Position numbers and translations under genes: made by a program
Assembly: GCF_000025505.1 (NCBI RefSeq)
Contig: NC_013849.1
Coordinates: 1,620,001-1,652,000, forward strand
Direction of reading: 5' to 3'
DNA length: 32,000 nt
From: Ferroglobus placidus DSM 10642
GTDB lineage: Archaea > Halobacteriota > Archaeoglobi > Archaeoglobales > Archaeoglobaceae
Shown: piece by piece, positions 1 through 8,693 of the stretch
Numbering within the stretch: the stretch's first letter is position 1
How the letters are laid out: each line of letters begins with the position of its first letter
Notes under the pieces: generated by a model
What the model was told of the DNA's origin: nothing
What the model saw: only the letters and a program-made list of their open reading frames with translations
Database searches by the model: none

Positions 1-823
1 CCCAGCAAGTGTTGGGACATGAAGAGCAAAATCCCTTCTTCCAGCATTCGTTCCAGCAAACCACTTTATGCTTGTAAGCGTTCGAGCAGCAAGCCGATCT
101 GTAAACGATCAATCCGAGATCCTTTGCGTAGTCTTCGAGCTTCTTTTTGACTTCGAAGTACTTCTTCGGCAACTCCTTTATCCCGAGCTTTCTCTTAACC
201 TCTTTGCTCAATCTTAAATTTCCGAGAATAACCCTGTCTGTGTAGTTCGAAATTATTTCGAGGGATTTGAAGTAATCTTTCAGGCTAACGTTCGGTAGAA
301 TCGGACGGAGAAAGACCGCTCCTCCTATTTCCTCGCAGAATTCAAGTCTCTCGGAAGGTGGCTTTCTTTTCGGTTCGAATTTTTTGCAGATATCGTCTAT
401 AGCTGAGCACATGGAAACGAGAGCGTCAACTCTCTTTAAGAGCTTTGCAAGGTCGTAGTTGACTTCTTTAGTTGATATTTGCACGGGATTTCCGAGCTTG
501 ATTATCTCTCTTAAAAACTCCTTCGTATATTCCGGAAAGTCGAGGGGCTCGCATATAGCTCCTACAGCAACGAAGCTTTTCCCAACTTCGAATTTAGGAT
601 TTAAGAGGAGGGCGTAGAGTAAAGCTTTGGGAGACAGATCAACAAGTTTTGCCTTAGTGCTTACGTAACAGTAAAGGCAGTTGGCGTTACAACCTTTTGC
701 TATGTGAACTGTGAATCCGCAAGCTCTCGGCTTTCTTCTTGCGTGATCGTTCCTCTTAGCTTTCTCGATCTCCTCCTCGCTCAGATCCTCTTCAAGCTTT
801 TTCAGAATCTTTTCCTTATCCAT
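1..823 (-). CDS. Radical SAM protein, partial (runs off the left edge)
   Basis: Manual minus-strand translation from ATG at 823: MDKEKILKKLEEDLSEEEIEKAKRNDHARRKPRACGFTVHIAKGCNANCLYCYVST...; CxxxCxxC-type motif (CNANCLYC). Frame checked open over its start and over positions 1-79. Confidence 0.75.
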   Translation of the reverse strand, partial: MDKEKILKKLEEDLSEEEIEKAKRNDHARRKPRACGFTVHIAKGCNANCLYCYVSTKAKLVDLSPKALLYALLLNPKFEVGKSFVAVGAICEPLDFPEYTKEFLREIIKLGNPVQISTKEVNYDLAKLLKRVDALVSMCSAIDDICKKFEPKRKPPSERLEFCEEIGGAVFLRPILPNVSLKDYFKSLEIISNYTDRVILGNLRLSKEVKRKLGIKELPKKYFEVKKKLEDYAKDLGLIVYRSACCSNAYKHKVVCWNECWKKGFCSSCPNTCW

Positions 824-862
824 TTAACAAAATTAAAATCCTCCGAGTTAAAAAATTGATCA

Positions 863-1558
863 ATGAAGGTTGCTATTGTGGGAGGGGGTAATCTCGGTAG
901 AGCATTGGCAAAAGCCTGCAGGGGAGTTGACGTCGTTATAGTGAAGAGGAGATACGAGAAAATAGAGAATTTCGAGGTAAAAACGAGCTTGGACGTTGAA
1001 GCTGACGTATACTTCATCGCTTTGAAGCCCAAGGATTTCAGAAGCAACATGAAAAAGATCGGAGAAGTTGCTGGAGATAAGCCGGTCGTCAGCTTCGCCG
1101 CTGGAGTGAAGCTTGAGGAGATGAGGAAATTCATAAAAAATCCCTACAGAGCCATGACGAACATAGCCGTCGAAGACGGAAGTTTGATAGCTGTATATCC
1201 TGAAGAGACGAAAAAATTCGTGAGTTTTCTCAACTCCGAAGTTCTCGTTTGCGAGAGTGAAGATGAGCTCGAATTAATGACATCTTTAATCGGAAGCTCT
1301 CCCGCTTTTATCTGCTACTACCTCCACTTCTTCACCCTCGCCGCAATTAAAGAGGGTGTAAGGTTCGACAAAGCCAAGTACGTAGCTTCCAAGAGCTTCG
1401 AAGCGGCTGCAAAAATATATATGAAGTACGGGTTAGAGGAGGCTGTGAGGAGAATAGCCACACCAGCCGGAACTACTATCGAAGGAATACTCGAAGTGGT
1501 TGACAATCCCCTTTCGGAGGCGATTGTTAAAGCGGCAGAAAAGGCGAGGAGGTTGTGA
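863..1558 (+). CDS. NADP-dependent oxidoreductase of the pyrroline-5-carboxylate reductase / F420-dependent NADP oxidoreductase type
   Basis: N-terminal Rossmann motif VAIVGGGNLGRALAKA; ProC-like C-terminal KEGVRFDKAKYVASKSFEAAAKIYMKYG...PAGTTIEGILEV. Confidence 0.75.
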   Translation: MKVAIVGGGNLGRALAKACRGVDVVIVKRRYEKIENFEVKTSLDVEADVYFIALKPKDFRSNMKKIGEVAGDKPVVSFAAGVKLEEMRKFIKNPYRAMTNIAVEDGSLIAVYPEETKKFVSFLNSEVLVCESEDELELMTSLIGSSPAFICYYLHFFTLAAIKEGVRFDKAKYVASKSFEAAAKIYMKYGLEEAVRRIATPAGTTIEGILEVVDNPLSEAIVKAAEKARRL

Positions 1559-1559
1559 G

Positions 1560-2102
1560 ATGAGGGATAGGGCTTTGGAAGTTCTTAAAAAGTACGTCAA
1601 GAATGAGAAGATGCTCAGACACTGCATAGCTACCGGAGCAATAATGAGGGGAGTCGCTAAAGAGCTCGGGGAAGACGAAGACCTCTGGGAAGCTCTGGGA
1701 ATACTCCACGACATAGACTACGAGATCGTGGAGGGAGACATGGATAAACACGGAGAGCTCGGAGCTGAAATTCTCGAGAAAGAAGGTTTCGGATTCCTTT
1801 CCGATTTCGTAAGGAGGCACAACCACATGAAATACGGCGACTACGAAAAACCGATAGAAATAGCTTTACAAGCGGCGGACAGCTCTTCAGGATTGATAAT
1901 AGCTTGCGCTCTCGTTAAGAATGGGAAGATAACTGAAGTTACTCCAAAAACCGTGAAGAAGAAATTTAAAGAAAAGAGCTTCGCTCCAGGGAGTGACAGA
2001 AACAGAATAAAGATGATAGAGAAGCTCATGCCCCTAGAAAGATTCTACGAGGTTGCCATAGAGAGTCTTAGGGAAGTTAAGGAAGAGCTGGGTCTTGAGT
2101 GA
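1560..2102 (+). CDS. HD/HDIG domain phosphohydrolase
   Basis: ALGILHDIDYEIVEGDMDKHGELGAEIL and HNHMKYGD motifs; ATG at 1560 overlaps the upstream stop. Confidence 0.8.
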   Translation: MRDRALEVLKKYVKNEKMLRHCIATGAIMRGVAKELGEDEDLWEALGILHDIDYEIVEGDMDKHGELGAEILEKEGFGFLSDFVRRHNHMKYGDYEKPIEIALQAADSSSGLIIACALVKNGKITEVTPKTVKKKFKEKSFAPGSDRNRIKMIEKLMPLERFYEVAIESLREVKEELGLE

Positions 2103-2926
2103 TAGTCGGAGTAGCTTTAGCAGTAATTTCCGCTTTCTGCTGGGGTGCTGGAGGAAGCGTTTTCAAGAGAGGGTTGAGGGGAATAAGCGAGATAGAAGGG
2201 AATCTTCTTAGGAGCGTTTTCGTCTCACTGTACCTCTTTCCCTTCGTCGTTATTTCCGGATTCAAGTTGTACGACCTCAACACAATAATTCTTTTAATTT
2301 TATCCTCTTTGCTTGCTTTTTTTGTTGGAGACCTTTTGTATTTTTCTTCGCTAAAAAGAAGTACCGTAAGCGTTAGCTTGCCTTTAGCCTCGACTTACCC
2401 TATTCACGTTTTAATTCTCTCATCGATAATTTACAAAACTCAAATAACTCTGGAACTCGTATTAGCGAGTTTTCTCGTTTTGCTTGCGGTAATCGTAGTT
2501 CCGAAGGAGAGTGGAGGGAGAATAAGCGGAGCTTACTTAGCTCTGTTAGCAGCTCTATCTTGGGCGTTGAGCATGATAATACTCGATTACCTCACGAAGG
2601 TTATGAGCACGGTAGAAATAGCCTTTTACAGAATGCTCTTGAACGCAGCACTCCTTTTCTCTCTAACGAGGAGAGTTAAGTTCAGCAAAGATGCGGCAAT
2701 TTTCATGGGAGTTATCGGAGGTTTAATCTCGGCAATCGGAATACTGAGCTTCGTTAAAGCAGTTGAACTGATAGGCTCCCACAGAGTTTCTCCGATTTCA
2801 GCCACTTCTCCGGTTATAGGTGCCGTCATCAGCAGAATTTATTTGAAGGAAAAGCTGACTCTTAGAAGCTTGTTTGCTGCTTTTCTGATCTTTCTCTCCG
2901 TTTTACTCGTTTCAAAGTCTTTTTGA
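2099..2926 (+). CDS. EamA/DMT-family transporter, GTG start
   Basis: About 10 hydrophobic helices in two repeats; FCWGAGGSVFKRGLRG and SPISATSPVIGAVISRIYLKEKLTLRS are typical EamA segments. Confidence 0.8.
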   Translation: MIVGVALAVISAFCWGAGGSVFKRGLRGISEIEGNLLRSVFVSLYLFPFVVISGFKLYDLNTIILLILSSLLAFFVGDLLYFSSLKRSTVSVSLPLASTYPIHVLILSSIIYKTQITLELVLASFLVLLAVIVVPKESGGRISGAYLALLAALSWALSMIILDYLTKVMSTVEIAFYRMLLNAALLFSLTRRVKFSKDAAIFMGVIGGLISAIGILSFVKAVELIGSHRVSPISATSPVIGAVISRIYLKEKLTLRSLFAAFLIFLSVLLVSKSF

Positions 2927-2966
2927 GCGCAAACGTTATCTACACTAAAGTTATTCTTTATTTCGA

Positions 2967-3048
2967 GCCGGGGTTGCAGAGAGGCACTGCGGGGGACTCG
3001 AGATCCCCTGCCCGCAAGGGCGCCTGGGTTCAAGTCCCAGCCCCGGCG
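2967..3048 (+). tRNA. tRNA-Ser (CGA)
   Basis: Acceptor GCCGGGG/CCCCGGC plus discriminator G; D arm GCAG/CTGC; anticodon stem GGGGA/TCCCC with loop CTCGAGA (anticodon CGA); long variable arm GCCC-GCAA-GGGC; T arm CTGGG-TTCAAGT-CCCAG. Confidence 0.95.
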
Positions 3049-3069
3049 TAAAAATATCAACTTTACAGT

Positions 3070-4149
3070 ATGCTCGGAGAAGTATGGTCGAGGGTTGCCG
3101 AAATATCTTTGAAATTGCCGGTTTTACTGCACGTACTGAACTTACCTCCCGAAGTAGCGGGAAAGGAATTAAAGTTTATCTTCGAATCCTTGGGAGCTAC
3201 TTTCATAAAACTCGGTCAGCTTTTATCCTACCATCCTTTTCCTGAAGAGATCAGAAGAGAACTGCAAAAATTGATGTTTGAGGTTGAACCTTTCGATGAG
3301 AGCTTGGCGGAGAAAATCGTGAAAGAAGAAATAGGCGAGGATTTGAAGCTGAAAAGAATTTCAACTGCCAGCATCTCTCAAATACATTTGGACGAATTCG
3401 GAAGGATAGTGAAGGTTATGAAGCCCGAATTGGAAAAGGAAATTTACATCGACTTGGAAATTCTCAAGACTTTGGAGGGATTCGTTTTTAACGATCTACT
3501 CAGGGAAACGATAAGAATGCTCATCGAATCTCTTCCTCAGGAGATCGACTTCGAAAAGGAGGCTGAAAATATCGAAGAGATGAGTTTTCTTAGTTTAAAA
3601 GTTCCGGAAGTTTACGAGTTTTCGAAGAGGGTCATAGTGATGGAAAGGTTGGAAGGGGTTAGCCTCGTTAACTGCGATCTCGATGCAAGCAGAAGAAAAG
3701 ATGTTTTTCTCAAGCTTCTCAAAGCTGTTGACGAAAGCGTGAGAGCCGGAAAAATTCACGGCGATCCGAGCCCGGCTAACGTAATTGTTGGCGAAGAGGT
3801 TGGGCTTGTAGATTTTGGGCTTGTGTGGAAAGCCAAAGCGGGAGAGAAAAGGGTTATCAACGAGCTATACGACTCTCTCCTCCTCGGAGACTTTTCGGCG
3901 GTAGAAGAGATTATAAACGCGGAGATGCTTGAGAAAGGGGAGGTGAAGGTGAGTTACGATTTTAACACGATTTCTGAGGCTTTGTTTTCGGACAACAACT
4001 TAATTGAAAAAGCTATTTACGGCTCGAAAGGTGTTAAAGTTAAGAGAAGTTATCTCGTGTTTGTTAGAGCTGTATTTCAGTGGTTGAAGCTTTGCAGAGA
4101 AGTTCTCGGCAAAGTTCCAGATGAAAATTTATTGATCAGTATAATTTAA
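3070..4149 (+). CDS. ABC1/AarF (UbiB)-family protein kinase-like protein
   Basis: FIKLGQLLSYHP, SISQIHLDEFGRIVKVMKPELEKEI, GKIHGDPSPANVIVGEEVGLVDFGLV (kinase-like catalytic and Mg-binding motifs). Confidence 0.85.
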   Translation: MLGEVWSRVAEISLKLPVLLHVLNLPPEVAGKELKFIFESLGATFIKLGQLLSYHPFPEEIRRELQKLMFEVEPFDESLAEKIVKEEIGEDLKLKRISTASISQIHLDEFGRIVKVMKPELEKEIYIDLEILKTLEGFVFNDLLRETIRMLIESLPQEIDFEKEAENIEEMSFLSLKVPEVYEFSKRVIVMERLEGVSLVNCDLDASRRKDVFLKLLKAVDESVRAGKIHGDPSPANVIVGEEVGLVDFGLVWKAKAGEKRVINELYDSLLLGDFSAVEEIINAEMLEKGEVKVSYDFNTISEALFSDNNLIEKAIYGSKGVKVKRSYLVFVRAVFQWLKLCREVLGKVPDENLLISII

Positions 4150-4252
4150 ATAAAATTGTAAATTTTCATCCTCGTAAATTTGTCGAAAAGTAAAGTCCTT
4201 GGCACAAAAATTTTTAATAATAAATGATAAGCAATAGTGAGGTGAATTTCCG

Positions 4253-4528
4253 ATGAGAGAGGTTACTCTCTTTTTAACTCTTGGAATCATCGCCGCTTTC
4301 GTAAACATTGTTCTATCGTACGTTAAAAAGTGGGAACTCCTATGGACGTTGACGGTTGCTGCCGGAATTATGACGGCTGTAGTTTTTCTCGTCGGAATGT
4401 TCCTCTCTTCAGCAAGCTTTTTTACATCGCTTCTGGCTTTTTTAGGACTTCTGTCGATTCTCGGAATGGCTGTTGTGGCTTTGACAATCTCAACAGTCCA
4501 AGCGGTTATTAACCTGAGAAAAGGCTAA
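4253..4528 (+). CDS. Small membrane protein, about 3 TM helices, unknown function
   Basis: Continuous hydrophobic helices; GTGAGGTG ribosome-binding-like sequence upstream of ATG. Confidence 0.55.
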   Translation: MREVTLFLTLGIIAAFVNIVLSYVKKWELLWTLTVAAGIMTAVVFLVGMFLSSASFFTSLLAFLGLLSILGMAVVALTISTVQAVINLRKG

Positions 4529-5149
4529 ATTCGTTATTCTTTTCTTTAAAATTTCGATAGAATCGTCGATATAACTAAAACGCTCGTTTCTCTCGTAGGA
4601 AATTCTCAAAACCTCTCCGAAGATTCTCAGAACCACATTTTCGTCTTTCACGATTGCAACGATTTCAGCAAACCTCGGATGCCTTCCGAGCCTTCCTCCG
4701 GCAAGAACTTTGAAGTATGTCTCGCCTTTAATTGCTCCGGTTTTGCAAGCCCTCATGCAGTCTCCGCATCCAATGCATTTCTCGTGGAAAGATGGATAGC
4801 CGTTGAAGTCTATCGCATTTTCTCTGCATGCTCTAAAACAGGCTTTGCAAGAGTTACACTTCTCCAAATCCACCTGAGGTTTTATAAAAGCTATAACCCC
4901 GAAATCCTTTATTTGAGGAGAGCTGCAAGCGTTGGGGCAGGCTGAAATCCCTATTTTAATTTTTTCGTGGCTCTTTTTCGCTTTCCAGATTTTGCCTTTA
5001 AGAATTTCCGCAATTCCCTCTTTTAAATGTTCGAGGGAACTCAAAGCGTTCCTGCATGCTCTGCAAAACTCAACTTCGAAACCTTCCACAGTAAAAAGTT
5101 GAGTTCGGTAAAGATATAAGTGAACCCTAAAATCTTCACTCATCTTCAA
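4490..5149 (-). CDS. Small 4Fe-4S protein with sulfite/nitrite reductase-like domain and two ferredoxin clusters
   Basis: ISACPNACSSPQIKDFGVIA (siroheme/4Fe-4S domain-like) followed by CNSCKACFRAC and CIGCGDCMRAC motifs. Confidence 0.75.
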   Translation of the reverse strand: MKMSEDFRVHLYLYRTQLFTVEGFEVEFCRACRNALSSLEHLKEGIAEILKGKIWKAKKSHEKIKIGISACPNACSSPQIKDFGVIAFIKPQVDLEKCNSCKACFRACRENAIDFNGYPSFHEKCIGCGDCMRACKTGAIKGETYFKVLAGGRLGRHPRFAEIVAIVKDENVVLRIFGEVLRISYERNERFSYIDDSIEILKKRITNLAFSQVNNRLDC

Positions 5150-5405
5150 GAATTTTCAAAATTGTTTTTAATTCCTTGACGAGAGCTTTTCCCTTCTTCG
5201 TTAAGCTGTAAACTTTGTAAGTTTTTAATCCTCTCGTTCTCTCCTCAGCTCTTACGAGCCTTAAATCTATCAACTCCTTTAAGGATTCGCTAACCTGTTT
5301 TTTGTTTAAAGACTTTTCAAGTTCGCTCCATCTTTTCTCTCCGCTTTCCAGCAAAAACAGTATCTTGATGTTCGAAGGCTTCATCAGCTTCTTAAGTTTC
5401 TCCAT
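5136..5405 (-). CDS. Winged-helix (ArsR/HxlR-like) transcriptional regulator
   Basis: MEKLKKLMKPSNIKILFLLESGEKRWSELEKSLNKKQVSESLKELIDLRLVRAEERTRGLKTYKVYSLTKKGKALV. Start chosen at the second Met (5405), not the track's 5462. Confidence 0.8.
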   Translation of the reverse strand: MEKLKKLMKPSNIKILFLLESGEKRWSELEKSLNKKQVSESLKELIDLRLVRAEERTRGLKTYKVYSLTKKGKALVKELKTILKILEDE

Positions 5406-5509
5406 TGTAAACTTGTTTACTGTCTGTAAAAACTTAAACGGATGTTGAATAATGATAAACATGTTTACAAAAAGTAAACAATATATACAGGCTGGGTAAA
5501 TCCTTATCT

Positions 5510-5644
5510 ATGACGCTTAATAAGATCCCCGAACACGAGAGCGTCTGCATAAATGCCAATTGCAGATACTGGAGAGGTAGCGTTTGCGAATACAAGGGAT
5601 ACTGCATCTGGAGAAGGAATGTCCGAACTTCTGAAGAGGATTGA
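5510..5644 (+). CDS. Cys-rich 44-aa miniprotein, not in the supplied ORF track
   Basis: Manual translation: MTLNKIPEHESVCINANCRYWRGSVCEYKGYCIWRRNVRTSEED*. TATA-like ATATATAC at 5481-5488, about 25 nt upstream of ATG. Confidence 0.55.
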   Translation: MTLNKIPEHESVCINANCRYWRGSVCEYKGYCIWRRNVRTSEED

Positions 5645-5701
5645 TAGGAATCAGAAACTCTGCGGAGAAAAGTTTAATTTACTAAAATAAAACTCGACTT
5701 G

Positions 5702-6982
5702 ATGCCGAAAGCGGTAGTAATTGCTTCGACTCACAGCGGAGCGGGAAAAACCACCGCTTCCCTTCTCCTTGTCTCAGCTCTCAAGAAAAGGGGTTATAGA
5801 GTTCAACCTTTTAAAGTTGGTCCTGACTACATAGATCCAACTCACTACGAATTTGAGAGGAAAGCCGTAAATCTTGATGCTTTTATGATGGGAGAAGAGG
5901 GAGTTTTAAAATCCTTCAAACACTGGATGTCCTATGCGGATTTCGGTGTTGTGGAGGGTGTTATGGGACTTTACGACGGCTACGGGATGAGCAGCTTTTC
6001 TTCAACCGCTCACGTCTCACGAATTTTGAATTTACCGGTCATTCTGGTTCTAAAGCCCGAGGGGATGTCCTACTCAACTCTCGCTCTCTTTAGAGGTTTC
6101 AAGAATTTTGAGAGCGTGAATATCGTTGGAGTAATCTTTAACTCCGTCTCTCCAATCTTTTATCAAAAACTGAAGAAGGTTTTTGAGGAAGAAACTGAAG
6201 TTTTGGGTTTTATTCCGAAGGTGAAGGACTTGGAAATGGAGAGCAGACACCTCGGATTGAAACTTGGAATTGAGAGCAATTTTGACTGGAAAAAAGCTTC
6301 TGAAATTGCTGAAAGTTACTTGAATGTAGACAGGATAATAGAGTTGGCTGAAGATGTGGAGGCTGAAGAGGAGAAGTTGGAGGAAAACGAAAAATTCACG
6401 ATTGGCGTACCTTTCGATCGAGCTTTCGCTTTTTACTACGAAGACAACCTCAGAATTTTGAAAAAAGATGCTAAGTTAATTTTCTTCTCTCCTCTCAACA
6501 ACGAGCTTCCGTATTGCGACGCTTACTACTTCGGAGGAGGATATCCCGAGCTTTACCCGGAAATAGAATCTTTTGCTAAAAAGTTTAGAAAGAAGTACGA
6601 AGACCAGCCGGTTTTCGGGGAATGCGGTGGAATGATGTTCCTTTCGAGGAAAATTGAGACGGAGAAAGGTGTGATCAAGTGCTCGTCTTTTCTGGACATA
6701 GACATAGTTTTTACGAAAAAACTTCAAGCTCTTGGCTACGTCAAAGGAGAGATTATTAGAGAAAATCCATTTTTCGCTAAAAGCTTTAAAGGGCACGAAT
6801 TTCATTACAGCTACGCAATTCCTGACGATGACGTCAGATACGCTTTCAGAATTGACGGAAAAGGCATAGCTAATGGCTTCGATGGAGCAATAAATGGCAA
6901 CGTTTTGGGGAGTTACGCTCATCTGCACTTCTATTCAACGAAGGTAAAGCTGGCTGAATTTTTCGAGAAGAGAGTTAATTAA
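5702..6982 (+). CDS. cbiA: Cobyrinate a,c-diamide synthase family protein (CbiA/CfbB/DsrN-like)
   Basis: STHSGAGKTTASLLLVSALKKRGYRVQPFKVGPDYIDPTHYE; GAT domain YFGGGYPELYPE...FGECGGMMFLSR; C-terminal SYAHLHFYS. Confidence 0.9.
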   Translation: MPKAVVIASTHSGAGKTTASLLLVSALKKRGYRVQPFKVGPDYIDPTHYEFERKAVNLDAFMMGEEGVLKSFKHWMSYADFGVVEGVMGLYDGYGMSSFSSTAHVSRILNLPVILVLKPEGMSYSTLALFRGFKNFESVNIVGVIFNSVSPIFYQKLKKVFEEETEVLGFIPKVKDLEMESRHLGLKLGIESNFDWKKASEIAESYLNVDRIIELAEDVEAEEEKLEENEKFTIGVPFDRAFAFYYEDNLRILKKDAKLIFFSPLNNELPYCDAYYFGGGYPELYPEIESFAKKFRKKYEDQPVFGECGGMMFLSRKIETEKGVIKCSSFLDIDIVFTKKLQALGYVKGEIIRENPFFAKSFKGHEFHYSYAIPDDDVRYAFRIDGKGIANGFDGAINGNVLGSYAHLHFYSTKVKLAEFFEKRVN

Positions 6983-7084
6983 AATTATTTTAAAAGAAGA
7001 TACAAATTTTTACAGCCACTTTTCAGAAAATTCCGCTGAAGTCCGGATTTAGCCAGAAAAATTCAGAGATTTCCAGAAAAATTC

Positions 7085-7115
7085 AAAAACGGAAGATAAT
7101 TTTCTTTCCGTTTTT
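7085..7115 (+). terminator. Inverted repeat with 3' T-run, possible terminator downstream of cbiA
   Basis: AAAAACGGAA (7085-7094) / TTCCGTTTTT (7106-7115), perfect 10-bp arms with an 11-nt loop. Confidence 0.45.
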
Positions 7116-7246
7116 AAAAAGGAGTGTCCGCTTTGAAGATTTCTGCGAAAGATTTAAAAATCAATACCTTTTACCAAATTTTCAGTCGTCAGAAAGCTTT
7201 ACTCATCTAATAATATTACGGGTGGTGGATATGGAGGGTGATTGCG

Positions 7247-7585
7247 ATGATCGTAGGAAAGCATATAATAGCGGAACTGTATGGAGTTCCAAAGGAGCTG
7301 ATTTCATATGAGAGCACGGTAAGGGAGATAGTAGAGAGCGTGGTAGAGGAGGCTAAATTGACGAAAGTAAGCTCCCATTATAAGCAGTTCGAACCTTACG
7401 GCGTGACGGGAGTTGTTTTGATTTCCGAAAGCCACATTTCGATACACACCTGGCCAGAATACGAACTCGTGAACTTGGACATCTTCACCTGCGGCGACAC
7501 GAGAAAGACGGACAAAGCTTTTGAGCTGTTTTTGCAGAAGTTTAAGCCCAAATCTTACAGACACTTCGTTTTGGACAGGGGATAA
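7247..7585 (+). CDS. speD: S-adenosylmethionine decarboxylase-family proenzyme (SpeD-like)
   Basis: LISESHISIHTWPEYELVNLDIFTCGD with the ESH(I)SIHTWPE processing and active site signature. A GTG at 7238 is an alternative start. Confidence 0.93.
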   Translation: MIVGKHIIAELYGVPKELISYESTVREIVESVVEEAKLTKVSSHYKQFEPYGVTGVVLISESHISIHTWPEYELVNLDIFTCGDTRKTDKAFELFLQKFKPKSYRHFVLDRG

Positions 7586-7586
7586 A

Positions 7587-8621
7587 ATGATGGAGAGAAT
7601 TAGGAAACAAATTTTGCAGGCTTTGGCTGGAGGGGAAATTTCGGTCTATAAACTAATAGATTTGCAGGACGCGTCTCTTCCGGAATTCTTTCAGCTCTTG
7701 CAGGAAATGGAGGAAGGAGAAATCATTCAGATTTCTGACGGAAAGGTCGGGTTAACTGAGAAAGGAAGGGAGTTGGCTGAAAAGCTCGGGGCTAAGTATT
7801 TCGATGTCTCTTGCGAGCACTGCGAATACACCGGATTGAAGATCCACGACTTCTTCAAAGACGTTCTCGATAAGTATCTGGAGATCGCCAAAGAGCGCCC
7901 TGAAACTGTTGAGGAGTACGACCAAGGCTATATAAGTCCGGAAGGAGTTATAAAGAGGGTCGAATTCGTTTACGAACGAGGAGATCTGCTCAAAAGCAGG
8001 ATATTCGTCGTTGGAGATGACGATCTGTTCAGCATAGCCGCAGCTTTGACCGGAATGCCGGAAAAAATATTCGTCGTTGATATAGATGAGAGACTCATAA
8101 ACTTCATTAACAAGGTTGCTGAGGAGTACTCCCTACCAATCGAAGCTATGGTTTACGACGTGCAGCAAGCTTTTCCCGAAGAGCTGAAGAAAAAGTTTGA
8201 CGTTTTCGTAACCGATCCGGTCGAAACGATTCCGGGACTAAAGCTTTTCCTTTCGAGGGGCGTGTCAACCTTAAAAGGTCCGGGTTGCTCCGGATACTTC
8301 GGCATAACGACTCTCGAAGCTTCGAGAAAGAAGTGGTACGAAATACAGAAAATGATACACGACATGGGATTCGTCATAACAGATATGAGAAGAAAGTTCA
8401 GCGTTTATCCGCAGGATGAGAAGAATTTCTTCAGATTTCAGGAGAAGTTGCCAATAGTCGAAAAGCTTGGAGCCAAGATCGACTACGACTGGTACAAATC
8501 TACTCTTTACAGGATAGAAGCCGTAAAAGACCCCAAGCCGTTAGTCGAGGGAGAAATGATAATAGACGAGGCTGTGTATAGAGACAGCGAGAGCTGGGCA
8601 ACTCCCTACGGAGCGGATTAA
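7587..8621 (+). CDS. bpsA: N4-bis(aminopropyl)spermidine synthase (branched-chain polyamine synthase, DUF43)
   Basis: EYDQGYISPEGVIKRVEFVYERGDL, VVGDDDLFSIAAALTGMPEKIFVVDIDERL, FVTDPVETIPGLKLFLSRG; directly downstream of speD. Confidence 0.9.
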   Translation: MMERIRKQILQALAGGEISVYKLIDLQDASLPEFFQLLQEMEEGEIIQISDGKVGLTEKGRELAEKLGAKYFDVSCEHCEYTGLKIHDFFKDVLDKYLEIAKERPETVEEYDQGYISPEGVIKRVEFVYERGDLLKSRIFVVGDDDLFSIAAALTGMPEKIFVVDIDERLINFINKVAEEYSLPIEAMVYDVQQAFPEELKKKFDVFVTDPVETIPGLKLFLSRGVSTLKGPGCSGYFGITTLEASRKKWYEIQKMIHDMGFVITDMRRKFSVYPQDEKNFFRFQEKLPIVEKLGAKIDYDWYKSTLYRIEAVKDPKPLVEGEMIIDEAVYRDSESWATPYGAD

Positions 8622-8693
8622 TTTTTTATTTATTCTCTTTTTCTTATCATATTTTAAAAAAGAATTTTTTATTAGGTTTAGATTTAAAAATGT

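Noticed and set aside
802-1134. 110-aa minus-strand ORF
   Set aside because: Antisense shadow of the oxidoreductase gene; low-complexity Ser/Thr/Phe-rich translation.
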